Source of the DNA: Pseudomonadota bacterium | GTDB taxonomy: Bacteria; Bdellovibrionota_C; UBA2361 | Assembly: GCA_046047875.1 (NCBI GenBank) | Contig: JBJOHD010000098.1 | Location: 219 to 64,218, forward strand | Reading direction: 5' to 3' | DNA length: 64,000 nt | Shown here: positions 38,633 to 47,807 of the stretch, piece by piece | Layout: each line of letters opens with the position of its first letter | Numbering within the stretch: position 1 is the stretch's first letter | Translations under genes and position numbers: made by a program | The notes under the pieces: model-generated | The model's input: the letters and a program-made list of their open reading frames with translations, nothing else | Told to the model about the DNA's origin: nothing | Databases searched by the model: none

Positions 38633-39622
38633 ATGACGAACCTCGTCGGGCATACATCACAGCTCGCCTCGCTCCGCCGGCTTTACGAATCGGGGCGGCT
38701 GCCCACAACCACGATGTTCGCGGGCCCCGCTGGCATCGGCAAACGTTTAGTCGCTCGAACCGTTGCCCGCTCCCTCCTCTGCGAAAAAAGCACCTTTGGG
38801 GGATGCAGCTCCTGCCATAGCTGCCGCCTCGTGGAAAGCTCGAATCACCCCGACATTAAAATCGTCGAATGCGCCGACACCGACACATCGAACGTGGGAG
38901 CGATTCGGGAGCTCCTCTACTCGCTTAACCTCAAATCGTTCTCCGGCGCAAAACGGGTAGTGCTTTTTAACGACGCTGAGACGATGTCGGTTCAAACAGC
39001 GAATACCCTCTTAAAGCAATTCGAGGAGCCCCGACCCGATACCTATTTTATCTTGATCTCGGCGAACCCGGCGGAGCTTCCCCCCACCCTCCTCTCGAGG
39101 TGTCAGGTGTGGTTCTTCGACCGACTCACCGACGACGCGGTGACGAGCTACATCGAACGTCATCCGGAGATCGCCGACACCGACGGTGAGCGGCTCAATA
39201 CCGCTGAGCTCGTTGCCCTCGCCGACGGCTCGCTCTCTAATATCGAACTTTTACGGGATCACCTCCCCCTCTGGCGTGAGATGCGAGACAAGCTCAGCCG
39301 GATCAGGAGCGGGGACACCTATCTCGCTCACGAGCTGTCCCAGACGCTCGGCAAGAAGAAGGAGAACCTCCCCCCAGCGCTCCTCTTAATGCGTATCTTC
39401 GCCCGGCAGGAGCTTCACCGCGCTGCACACGACCAGGATCGCGCTGCGTGGGCGACCTTTCTCACCAATATCCTCTCCGCTGACACCGCGATCAATGATC
39501 GGAATTTAAGCCCCACGTATGTGCTTCATTTCGCTCTGCTCCACCTCGCGGGGCGACCTGAGCTCGGTTCGTTTACGACCCTTACAAACGGTGGTACCCT
39601 CCTCTCCTCGGTCGTCGTTTAA
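38633..39622 (+). CDS. holB: DNA polymerase III subunit delta' (AAA+ clamp-loader)
   Basis: Follows tmk as in many bacteria; P-loop-like FAGPAGIGKRL; a Zn-module CxxC (CSSCHSC). Confidence 0.7.
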   Translation: MTNLVGHTSQLASLRRLYESGRLPTTTMFAGPAGIGKRLVARTVARSLLCEKSTFGGCSSCHSCRLVESSNHPDIKIVECADTDTSNVGAIRELLYSLNLKSFSGAKRVVLFNDAETMSVQTANTLLKQFEEPRPDTYFILISANPAELPPTLLSRCQVWFFDRLTDDAVTSYIERHPEIADTDGERLNTAELVALADGSLSNIELLRDHLPLWREMRDKLSRIRSGDTYLAHELSQTLGKKKENLPPALLLMRIFARQELHRAAHDQDRAAWATFLTNILSADTAINDRNLSPTYVLHFALLHLAGRPELGSFTTLTNGGTLLSSVVV

Positions 39623-39631
39623 GCTAAAATC

Positions 39632-40069
39632 TTGAGTTTACCTATGGAAGAGACGAAACCCTTCAGCGAGCCCACTCCGGTTATCCCCGCCGTATCCCCA
39701 ACCCCACCGGACCAACCCGCCCCAGCCGCACCGGTTGAGGAGCTTATCTCGATCGATGATTTCATGAAGGTGAAGCTCCGGGTCGCCCGGATCGAGAGCG
39801 CCGAGGCGGTGCCGAAATCCTCCAAGATGTTAAAGCTCCAGCTCGACCTTGGCCCTCTCGGCAAACGTCAGATCCTCTCGGGCATTGCGAAATTCTACAC
39901 CCCTGAGTCCCTTATTGGGAAACACATCGTTGTCGTTGCCAACCTCAAGCCGGCGAAGCTCATGGGTCTTGAGAGCGAGGGCATGTTGTTAGCGGCCTCG
40001 AGCGACGACGGCAGCCAGCTCGTTGTCCTTGAGCCCGGAACCGTTCCGCCCGGCTCGGTGGTGAGATAA
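39632..40069 (+). CDS. Standalone tRNA-binding protein (CsaA/Trbp111-like, MetG C-terminal-domain homolog)
   Basis: 145 aa; IDDFMKVKLRVARIESAEAVPKSSKMLKLQLDLG is the OB-fold tRNA-binding (EMAP-type) domain signature. Confidence 0.7.
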   Translation: MSLPMEETKPFSEPTPVIPAVSPTPPDQPAPAAPVEELISIDDFMKVKLRVARIESAEAVPKSSKMLKLQLDLGPLGKRQILSGIAKFYTPESLIGKHIVVVANLKPAKLMGLESEGMLLAASSDDGSQLVVLEPGTVPPGSVVR

Positions 40070-40078
40070 GCGCTCGCC

Positions 40079-40939
40079 GTGGAGCTCTTCGACACCCACA
40101 TCCACCTCGATAGCGCGGTGTTCGATGCCGACCGCGCTGAGATCCTGGCGCGCGCTCAAGCCGCCGGGGTCACCCGGTTCGTCTCGATCGGTGCGGGGGC
40201 GGGGCCTGCGGCTCCAGTAGCGGGCGATACCGGCGCTCCAAGCGGCGCCGACATGAATCCCCTTCGCACCCCGCTCGCCTCCGCACCCCAAGCGTTAAAG
40301 CTCGCAGAAACCTATCCCTTTATCTGGGCCTCGGTCGGAGTTCATCCCCACGACTCTACCATCGAGTCGGAGGGGCGGTTCTCCCAACACCTCGCTGAGC
40401 TTCGCACCCTTGCTACCCATCCCCGTGCGGTGGCGATAGGTGAAACTGGGCTCGACTACTTCTACGATTTTAGCCCCAAAGAGCACCAAGCCCGGTGGTT
40501 TAAGGCTCAGATAGCGCTCGCGTGCGAGGTAAAAAAGCCGCTGGTCATTCATTCCCGCAACGCTGGAGAGGAGTGCCTCGAGATCCTCACCACATGCGGC
40601 GCACGGGAGGTGGGCGGTGTGTTTCACTGCTACTCCGAATCCGCCGAATTCGCCGCCCGACTCCGCGGGATAAATTTTATGATCTCGATTCCCGGGATCG
40701 TTACCTTTAAAAAGTCCCAGAACATCCGCGATGCGGTCGCGGGAACTCCGCTTGACCAGATCATGCTTGAGACCGACGCACCGTACCTCGCTCCCGAGCC
40801 GTTTCGGGGGAAGCGATGCGAGTCGAGCTATATGGTGAAGACCGCGGAGATGGTGGCAGAGGTAAAAGGCGTCTCGGTTGAGGAGGTCGCTCAGATCACG
40901 ACCGCGAACGCGCTCCGCTTTTTTAAAGTTAAGGGGTAG
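40079..40939 (+). CDS. tatD: TatD family metal-dependent hydrolase (DNase)
   Basis: N-terminal FDTHIHLD; internal GETGLDY; 286 aa. Confidence 0.8.
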   Translation: MELFDTHIHLDSAVFDADRAEILARAQAAGVTRFVSIGAGAGPAAPVAGDTGAPSGADMNPLRTPLASAPQALKLAETYPFIWASVGVHPHDSTIESEGRFSQHLAELRTLATHPRAVAIGETGLDYFYDFSPKEHQARWFKAQIALACEVKKPLVIHSRNAGEECLEILTTCGAREVGGVFHCYSESAEFAARLRGINFMISIPGIVTFKKSQNIRDAVAGTPLDQIMLETDAPYLAPEPFRGKRCESSYMVKTAEMVAEVKGVSVEEVAQITTANALRFFKVKG

Positions 40940-40941
40940 CG

Positions 40942-41778
40942 ATGCTCGCATTCGGACGGTTTAAGGTTGCGCTCGTCGACTTCGGTACTTTTCGGCTCGA
41001 CGGCGGATCGATGTTCGGCTCGGTGCCGAAGAATCTATGGACGAAGAAGATCCCCGCCGATAACGAAAACTGCATCCCGCTCGCCCTTCGTTCGCTTAAG
41101 ATCGAGGTCGATGACCGCGTTTTCTTGGTTGATGTCGGTATCGGGGAGAAGTGGAACGAGAAGCAACGGGCGATCTTTGGGATAAAAAACGCGCCGGTGG
41201 AGTCGCTCGGTTTTAATCCTCAAAGCATCACCGATATCGTACTTACCCACCTTCACTTCGATCATGCGGGGGGAATCTCTCGCTACAAAGCGGGATCACC
41301 TGAAGAGGTTGAGCTCACCTACCCCCAAGCGACGGTGCATGTCCAGCGGGCTAACCTCGAAAACGCTCAGAGCCCGAACCCTAAGGAGCGGGCGAGCTAC
41401 CTCAAGGAAAACTACGCGATCCTCACCACCGGGAAACTTAATCTCCTCGAGGGCGAGACCGAGATAATCCCAGGATTCGTGGTTCGTACGTTTAACGGAC
41501 ACACTCGAGGCCAGCAGACGGTAGAGCTTATAAACGGCGATACCTCGCTCGTATTCCCGACCGACCTTATCCCCACCTCACACCACCTGCCGGTTCCGTT
41601 TCATATGGGGTACGACATCTGCGCTGAGACGATTCTTAGGGAAAAGGAGAGGTTTCTTACCCGCTGCGTCGAGCGAAACTCGATCGTCGTCTTTCAACAC
41701 GATCCGGTTGTGGCGGCGGGCCGGGTGGTTCGTGATGAGCGGGGGCAGTTCACTCTCGGCGAGCGGGTCGACATCTAA
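40942..41778 (+). CDS. MBL-fold metallo-hydrolase
   Basis: THLHFDHAGG (HxHxDH motif). Confidence 0.7.
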   Translation: MLAFGRFKVALVDFGTFRLDGGSMFGSVPKNLWTKKIPADNENCIPLALRSLKIEVDDRVFLVDVGIGEKWNEKQRAIFGIKNAPVESLGFNPQSITDIVLTHLHFDHAGGISRYKAGSPEEVELTYPQATVHVQRANLENAQSPNPKERASYLKENYAILTTGKLNLLEGETEIIPGFVVRTFNGHTRGQQTVELINGDTSLVFPTDLIPTSHHLPVPFHMGYDICAETILREKERFLTRCVERNSIVVFQHDPVVAAGRVVRDERGQFTLGERVDI

Positions 41779-41822
41779 CGCTCCCCGATGCACCGCTCGC
41801 CGGAGGCTTCAGATCGGTGTCC

Positions 41823-42260
41823 TCATCGGGTGTCACTCTCGGGAGAACCCTCCCCCCGCATATGGAGAAGAACCGAGAGCATCCCGAGCACCCCCAAAAC
41901 CACCACCGGCCAGATCGCACGGGTGGTATAGGTCACCACAAATCCGAGCAGCACACCGACCTCGGTGATGACGTTCCGAAAGAGCGCGGCACGGAAATAA
42001 CCGGGAATCCGCCGCGCTATCCCCGGCGCAAGGAGGATACAGAGCCCCCCCAGTCCGACGAACAAGAATTCCCCGTTTGGGGGAAGGGGTGGAGCGGAGG
42101 AGGCACCGGGGGTTCGCGCCTGAAGCACCCCGAACCCGATAAGGATGATAAAGGTGATCAAAAATGCGAAGTCCAGAAAGAGGACGACGCTCTTTGAGTT
42201 GGCTGAATTTTCGCCGGACATGAAGCAGATCCTCCCCGAACCCCAATCTATCAAACACAA
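41823..42260 (-). CDS. Hypothetical small membrane protein
   Basis: 145 aa with three or four hydrophobic helices. An alternative frame (41833-42273) also exists, so the reading frame is uncertain. Confidence 0.3.
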   Translation of the reverse strand: MCLIDWGSGRICFMSGENSANSKSVVLFLDFAFLITFIILIGFGVLQARTPGASSAPPLPPNGEFLFVGLGGLCILLAPGIARRIPGYFRAALFRNVITEVGVLLGFVVTYTTRAIWPVVVLGVLGMLSVLLHMRGEGSPESDTR

Positions 42261-42345
42261 TCTTTAAAGGCACCGGAGAAACCGCCTTGAAATCGGGAGT
42301 AATACGGGGAACAATCGGCTTCTCCCTTTAATATACGAGCACACA

Positions 42346-43317
42346 ATGGTCGTCTTCCTCTGGATCGGTTTTATAGCGTTCGTGCTCTTCATGCTCGCCC
42401 TCGATCTCGGGGCATTCCATAAAGGCCCCCGGGTCATCTCCGCCCGTGAGGCGCTCCGCTGGACCGGAGTATGCGTCGTCCTAGCGCTCCTTTTTAATCT
42501 TCTTCTGTGGTGGATGTACTCGGAGCAGCTCTTCGGCCTCGGCACCGATCCGAACTACCCCCTAACCGGAAAGGAAGCAGCGCTCCAGTTTTTTACCGGC
42601 TGGCTCATCGAGCAGAGCTTGAGCCTCGACAACGTCTTCGTCATCGCCCTTATCTTTTCGTACTTTAAAATCCCGCTCCAGTTCCAACACCGCGTCCTCT
42701 TCTGGGGCATTCTGGGTGCCCTCATTATGCGGGGGATTATGATCGCCCTCGGGGTAGCGCTTATCCGGCACGTCTCGTGGATTCACTACGTCTTCGGCGC
42801 GCTCCTCATCTACGCCGCGGTTAAGATAATGCTCTCAAAGGAGGACGACTTAAACCCCGAACACAACATCCTCTTTAGGCTCGCCAAACGATTCTATCCG
42901 GTCACCCCAACTCTTCATGGGGAGAGGTTCTTCACCGAGCTCGATGGCCGCCGGGCGATGACCCCCCTGTTCCTCGTTCTCCTTATCATCGAGAGCACCG
43001 ATGTGCTCTTTGCGGTCGACTCGATACCCGCCGTATTCGCTATTACCCAAGACCCCTTCATCGTCTTTACCTCAAACATCTTCGCGATTTTAAACCTACG
43101 CTCCCTCTACTTCGCCCTCGCAGCGTTTATGGATCGGGTGCGGTACCTAAAAGCGAGCCTCGTGGCGGTCCTCTTCTTTGTCGGGATGAAGATGACCCTT
43201 ACCGGACACCTCCATATCTCCCCCGAGCTCTCACTCGTCGTTATCGGGGGGCTCCTCGGGCTCGGCGTGCTCGCCTCGGTTGCAGCGGAGCGGCGTGGGA
43301 GAAATGCCACACCCTAG
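42346..43317 (+). CDS. TerC family integral membrane protein (Alx-like)
   Basis: 323 aa; LSLDNVFVIALIF and ESTDVLFAVDSIPAVFAIT are TerC repeats. Confidence 0.75.
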   Translation: MVVFLWIGFIAFVLFMLALDLGAFHKGPRVISAREALRWTGVCVVLALLFNLLLWWMYSEQLFGLGTDPNYPLTGKEAALQFFTGWLIEQSLSLDNVFVIALIFSYFKIPLQFQHRVLFWGILGALIMRGIMIALGVALIRHVSWIHYVFGALLIYAAVKIMLSKEDDLNPEHNILFRLAKRFYPVTPTLHGERFFTELDGRRAMTPLFLVLLIIESTDVLFAVDSIPAVFAITQDPFIVFTSNIFAILNLRSLYFALAAFMDRVRYLKASLVAVLFFVGMKMTLTGHLHISPELSLVVIGGLLGLGVLASVAAERRGRNATP

Positions 43318-43416
43318 GGGTTTACGGAGGAGCTTCCTTAGCACCCCCTTCCCCTCCTCAAACCGCCCCCTTACACCCTAGCTCAGCGGGGGGTAACCCC
43401 CCTGGAATTATTGCTT

Positions 43417-43446
43417 TTGACAATTAAAACCCCCCGTTTCTATAAT
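43417..43446 (+). promoter_or_regulatory. Consensus sigma70 promoter (TTGACA-18-TATAAT) for nuoB
   Basis: Perfect -35 TTGACA (43417-43422) and perfect -10 TATAAT (43441-43446) with an 18 nt spacer, 45 nt upstream of the nuoB ATG. Confidence 0.55.
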
Positions 43447-43491
43447 TCAGGGGATGGGCGTCGTCGCCCGGTTTAGCGAAAGATATCGACC

Positions 43492-44049
43492 ATGTCACCA
43501 CGCGCAGACGAGTCACCGTTCCTCCTTACCACCCTTGAGTCCGCTATCGGCTGGGCGAGGAAATACTCCCTCTTTTCGTATCCGTTTGTGACCGCGTGCT
43601 GCGGCATGGAGTTCATGGCGGTGAGCTGCTCGCACTACGACACCGATCGTTTCGGTGCGGCGCTCCCCCGCTTCACCCCCCGGCAGTCCGACCTCCTGTT
43701 CGTGGTCGGCACGATCACTCACAAGCTCGCTCCGGTGCTCCTCCGGGTGTACGAGCAGATGGCGGAGCCGAAGTGGGTAGTGGCGTTTGGCGCGTGCGCC
43801 TCCTCGGGTGGATTCTACGATAACTACACCACCGTCGCCGGTATCGATAAGATTATCCCGGTCGACATGTATATCCCCGGCTGCCCACCACGGCCCGAGA
43901 CGGTGCTCGATGCGCTGATGCACCTCCAACGGAATATCCACCGCTCCCGGCAGCAGTTCGCCGCTGAACACGGCGGGGCACAGCCCCACCCTGAGCTCCC
44001 TGAGCTTCTGGGGGATACCATCGATACGGGTTTACATAAACCGATCTAG
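43492..44049 (+). CDS. nuoB: NADH-quinone oxidoreductase subunit B-like (NuoB/hydrogenase small-subunit fold)
   Basis: CCGMEFMA ... GACASSGG ... PGCPP: the four Cys ligands of cluster N2. It is solitary, with no neighbouring nuo genes. Confidence 0.85.
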   Translation: MSPRADESPFLLTTLESAIGWARKYSLFSYPFVTACCGMEFMAVSCSHYDTDRFGAALPRFTPRQSDLLFVVGTITHKLAPVLLRVYEQMAEPKWVVAFGACASSGGFYDNYTTVAGIDKIIPVDMYIPGCPPRPETVLDALMHLQRNIHRSRQQFAAEHGGAQPHPELPELLGDTIDTGLHKPI

Positions 44050-44343
44050 CGGTTGCTTCAAAAACCACTCATAGGTGCGCCAGGGATGACCCGGTCAACG
44101 CGAAGCCCTCGATCCATGCGGTGAATGTGGATTTTAGGGGTCCCCGGCGAGCCTTAAGCGACTCCAAAATTAGCGGGCTTTGTCGATGATTTCGGCGAGC
44201 TCAGCCGAACGGAGCCCATTTTTAAAAACACTAGCAGTGATTAGTTCGACCTAGAGAGCGCAACCTAACGCCACTTCGACTCTTCGTGGCGAAGTCGAAG
44301 TTTTCAGGACTTTTCAGGTCAAACTAGAGTAGTAAAAAAGAAA

Positions 44344-44374
44344 GGGATCGTTGACCGCTTCGATCAACGATCCC
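44344..44374. terminator. Stem-loop between convergent genes (nuoB and the secreted Cys-rich protein)
   Basis: gggatcgttga-ccgcttcga-tcaacgatccc: an 11 bp perfect stem, preceded by an A-rich run on the + strand (aaaaaagaaa); it lies between convergent gene ends. Confidence 0.45.
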
Positions 44375-44396
44375 TTCCTGTTCGAACGAAGGCCCC

Positions 44397-44915
44397 TTAA
44401 AGGACTCGGCCGTCACATAGATCGCGTACCTTCACGTTGTAGCACTTCCCGGCGTTCGGCACGTTGACACAGAGATTCGAGCTCACCTTCACAAAAGCGC
44501 CACCGTTACTCGTCGCCCGACGAATCTTCGAGGTCGAGCAATTAAATTTATAGCGGCTGAGACACTCGCCGCGGGTGACTGAACATCCAAGACGGGGAGC
44601 GCTGGTACAAATAGCCTTCCCGTTCTTGTCATAGATCTTGGCTCTGGAGTTCTTAAAGGCACGCTTCCCTTGCGTTTCGATGATCGTAGGATTTCGCTTA
44701 AAGAAAGTTATTGGGGTGCCGACGCCGCCCGTACGCTGCACCTGGTTATTCTTATACTGAACGAGAACTCCGAGACTCTTCCTATCATTGATCGACTTAA
44801 CCGTAGGGCAAACTTGTGAAAGCTGCGCCTCGGCGACACCAGCGACTCCCAACACTACAACGAGACCAAAAAAGACCTTGAAGAATCCTCTCATACTGAC
44901 ACCTATCCCTTTCAA
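44397..44915 (-). CDS. Secreted basic Cys/Lys-rich protein, compositionally atypical (low GC)
   Basis: Signal peptide FFKVFFGLVVVLGVAGVAEA; 9 Cys; Lys/Asn-rich. The gene's GC content is clearly below the window average. Confidence 0.5.
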   Translation of the reverse strand: MKGIGVSMRGFFKVFFGLVVVLGVAGVAEAQLSQVCPTVKSINDRKSLGVLVQYKNNQVQRTGGVGTPITFFKRNPTIIETQGKRAFKNSRAKIYDKNGKAICTSAPRLGCSVTRGECLSRYKFNCSTSKIRRATSNGGAFVKVSSNLCVNVPNAGKCYNVKVRDLCDGRVL

Positions 44916-45011
44916 ATATTCTCCCCCCCGGGGACCCCTTGAAAAGCACCCTGGGTCGGGGTGAAACTAAATTCTTTAGCGTAGACCCCTATACTCGCTG
45001 TTCACCTCGAT

Positions 45012-45875
45012 ATGCGCAAGAGACCAGGAATAGTTGATCTAATTCGGAATCTTCTCGGAGACTGCGGACATCAAAAAGGCCCTGCGGCGGTCGCCGTGGC
45101 GATCACGATCTTCTCCCTCCTTCTTACCGGTTGCGGCGATAGCGCGCCTCCAAAGCCACCAACCCTCTCCGAATTGTGCGAGGACTCCGCCATGCAGGCG
45201 AAAATCATTAACGGTCGTTCGTGCACCCCCTTTTCTACAACGGTTGTAAAACTCGACCTCTTCGATGACGAAGATAATCGGGTACGCTGTACCGCTATCC
45301 TCATCTCACCAACCCGCATCCTGACAGCGGCCCACTGCTTCGAGGAGTACATCGCTCGGGCGACCGTTACCGTGGGAGATCAATCCCGCGAGGTTATCGG
45401 GGTCGAGTTTCATCCCGATATACGAATGAACGGGATGCTTACAGAGAACGATGTCGCTCTTGCGACCCTCGATGGTGCAGTTCCACCACCACCGCGATCC
45501 CCCCGAATCGGGCCTGCCCCGGAAGTGGGCTCAACTTTGTACATATTTGGTTACGGTCGAACTACTCCCGGAGAGGAACGAACGATTACCGAGAGCGACC
45601 TCTTAGCAGGTACGATGACCTCCTCCGTGGTCTCTTCGATGTTTATCGAGGCAAATTACATCGGAATTGACTCGAACACCTGTCGAGGGGACTCAGGGGG
45701 CCCGGCTTACGTCTTTGATCCGGAGAGCGGGGATCTCGTGTTAGCTGGCATCCTCACCTCCGGCACGCTCCCTTCGTGCGATGTAGGCGATACCTCGGTA
45801 TTCTCAAACCTCACCGCTCCCTCCATCAGGGAGTTTCTCGCACGAGAGGCTCCTGAGATCGAGCAGATCGAGTGA
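45012..45875 (+). CDS. Trypsin-like serine protease (S1 family), lipoprotein-type signal
   Basis: TAAHC (His), GDSGGP (Ser), Asp in DVAL; an N-terminal hydrophobic region with LTGCGD lipobox. Confidence 0.75.
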   Translation: MRKRPGIVDLIRNLLGDCGHQKGPAAVAVAITIFSLLLTGCGDSAPPKPPTLSELCEDSAMQAKIINGRSCTPFSTTVVKLDLFDDEDNRVRCTAILISPTRILTAAHCFEEYIARATVTVGDQSREVIGVEFHPDIRMNGMLTENDVALATLDGAVPPPPRSPRIGPAPEVGSTLYIFGYGRTTPGEERTITESDLLAGTMTSSVVSSMFIEANYIGIDSNTCRGDSGGPAYVFDPESGDLVLAGILTSGTLPSCDVGDTSVFSNLTAPSIREFLAREAPEIEQIE

Positions 45876-45899
45876 TCTGTTGGGAGAAGCAGCTTCAGC

Positions 45900-47807
45900 T
45901 CACTCTCCTCTCCCGGCCCACTCGTCGGTACGGACTGAGGGTGGGTCACTTTTCAGGCACCCTTCACGGTGAAGGGTGCAGGCAAACTTCTCAACATCGA
46001 TCGGCTTCTGAAAAATACCGCTCACCTGAGCAACAAGGCATCTCTCGATATCACCCTCTCCCGAGACCGCATAGATAGGGACACCCCGATCCTTCGCGCG
46101 AATATACTCAACGAGCTTTCGCCCCCCACCGAGGGGCATGCCGAGATCGGTCACAACAATATCGGGCGCGGCGAAGTTAAAGATGCCGATAGCCTCGGGA
46201 ACCGAGGTGGCGATGACGGTCTCAACCGGGTAACGGGAGAGCGCCCGAGCGAGGCTCCGACACGAATCGGGATCGTCGTCGACGAGGAGGATGGTGGGGG
46301 GGTGAACACGCCGGTCACCGCAGGGTAGGCTGCCTTTCTGAATTGAAGCACACTCCACAGAGCGCTGCTCCGTGAGCGGGAAGGTAACGGTAAATAAAGT
46401 TCCTACGTGAGGGGTCGAGGAAACCTCGATCGACCCACCGTTCGCCTCAACAAGCGCTCGTGCAACGACCAGTCCGAGACCGATCCCCTCGATCGAGCGA
46501 TCACCAAAGCGCTGAAATGGGGTAAAGAGCTGCTCGACCTCAGATGCTGTCATACCGACCCCGGAATCTCTGATAGCTATCGAACACCGAGCCTCATCGC
46601 TCTCAACACGAACTCCGATTGACCCCCGCTGGGTGTACTTCACCGCATTTCCAACGAGGTTTGCGACGATTCGGCGGAGGTGTCGGCGATCGATCGAGAT
46701 ATCGACCGGGGCATCGACCTCTGCACTGAGGATCGTCACCCCTTTTTTACTCGCTGTTAGGGCGAAGCTTTGCAGCACCTCCCCTAGTACTGTCGGCACA
46801 CACACCCTCTCCCGCCGCACCGGTAAGCGGCCCTCCCTAAACCGGGTAAAATCAAGGATATCATCGACAAGCTCTCCCGCAGCCTCGCAGTTACGCGCCG
46901 CGATATCGATGAGCTCAGACGCCCCATCACCCTCGGTCTCGCTGCGTAATAAGGAGAGGACTGCGTGAACGTTGTGGAGCGGCGATCGTATATCGTGCGA
47001 GATATGTGCGAGGAACTCCGACTTCCTATCGCTTGAGCGCTCGGCGTCGTCAGCTCGAGCTGACGCTTCGCGAACCGCCTCTAGCAGCCGGAGATCCTCC
47101 TCGATCCGTCGCACGCTGTCTCGGAGCTGGCCCGCCTCGGTGTCGGTCGGAGGGTAATGGTGGGGGAATCCGAGCCAAGCTACCCCGCGGCGAGATAGAC
47201 CCCCGCGGCAAAAGCTAAATGGGTATGCGCCGATATACCTATATCCAAGCTCTGCGAACTCACCGAACACACCACGATGAAGTGATCCATCCCGTATCCC
47301 CCCGGGAGCTCCCGCCCCGGTTCTGAGATAATCTCCGTAGAGCCGCGCCGCCACCGCTCTCAATCGGGTCGAATCGCTAAGAGGTCCCTCGAGGACAACA
47401 CCGCTCGCCGGATCGTGGAGCACGATCGCTGCGCCGCTCGCTCCTGAAACGGCAGAAAGCTCCCTCAAGGACCGTCCCCATACCTCCGCCTCGGTCGTCG
47501 GACACCCTAAGCGATAGGTCGTAGGCTCCCGCTCGACCGCATCGCTCGAAGGGGTAAATCCCACCCGAAATTTAAGGTAATCTACCACGCTTACGATCGA
47601 GTCGACCCGCTCCTTAAGGGACGTTGGCCACGCCCGGAGGAGCACCCCAGGGGACTCTTCGTTGAGCGCCCGCTCCATCCGCTGAAGATAGCTACCGAAG
47701 AGGAACCTCCCCCCAAGGAGACCACCAACGACTCCAACCGCAAACGCCAGGGAAGCGTCCCCGAAGCTACTGAGTGTAAACCAGCGCTCCACCATCACTC
47801 CGAGCAT
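45900..47807 (-). CDS. Hybrid sensor histidine kinase/response regulator
   Basis: HisKA H-box (FLAHISHDIRSPL), HATPase (N-box LVGNAVKYT, G-boxes DSGVGM, GIGLGL), and a C-terminal REC (ILLVDDDPD...DLGMPLGGG). Confidence 0.8.
   Translation of the reverse strand: MLGVMVERWFTLSSFGDASLAFAVGVVGGLLGGRFLFGSYLQRMERALNEESPGVLLRAWPTSLKERVDSIVSVVDYLKFRVGFTPSSDAVEREPTTYRLGCPTTEAEVWGRSLRELSAVSGASGAAIVLHDPASGVVLEGPLSDSTRLRAVAARLYGDYLRTGAGAPGGIRDGSLHRGVFGEFAELGYRYIGAYPFSFCRGGLSRRGVAWLGFPHHYPPTDTEAGQLRDSVRRIEEDLRLLEAVREASARADDAERSSDRKSEFLAHISHDIRSPLHNVHAVLSLLRSETEGDGASELIDIAARNCEAAGELVDDILDFTRFREGRLPVRRERVCVPTVLGEVLQSFALTASKKGVTILSAEVDAPVDISIDRRHLRRIVANLVGNAVKYTQRGSIGVRVESDEARCSIAIRDSGVGMTASEVEQLFTPFQRFGDRSIEGIGLGLVVARALVEANGGSIEVSSTPHVGTLFTVTFPLTEQRSVECASIQKGSLPCGDRRVHPPTILLVDDDPDSCRSLARALSRYPVETVIATSVPEAIGIFNFAAPDIVVTDLGMPLGGGRKLVEYIRAKDRGVPIYAVSGEGDIERCLVAQVSGIFQKPIDVEKFACTLHREGCLKSDPPSVRTDEWAGRGE

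Noticed and set aside
41833-42273. Alternative 146 aa frame overlapping the 145 aa membrane ORF on the same strand
   Set aside because: Only one of the two same-strand overlapping frames can be real. The hydrophobic-helix frame (41823-42260) was kept, and even that at low confidence.
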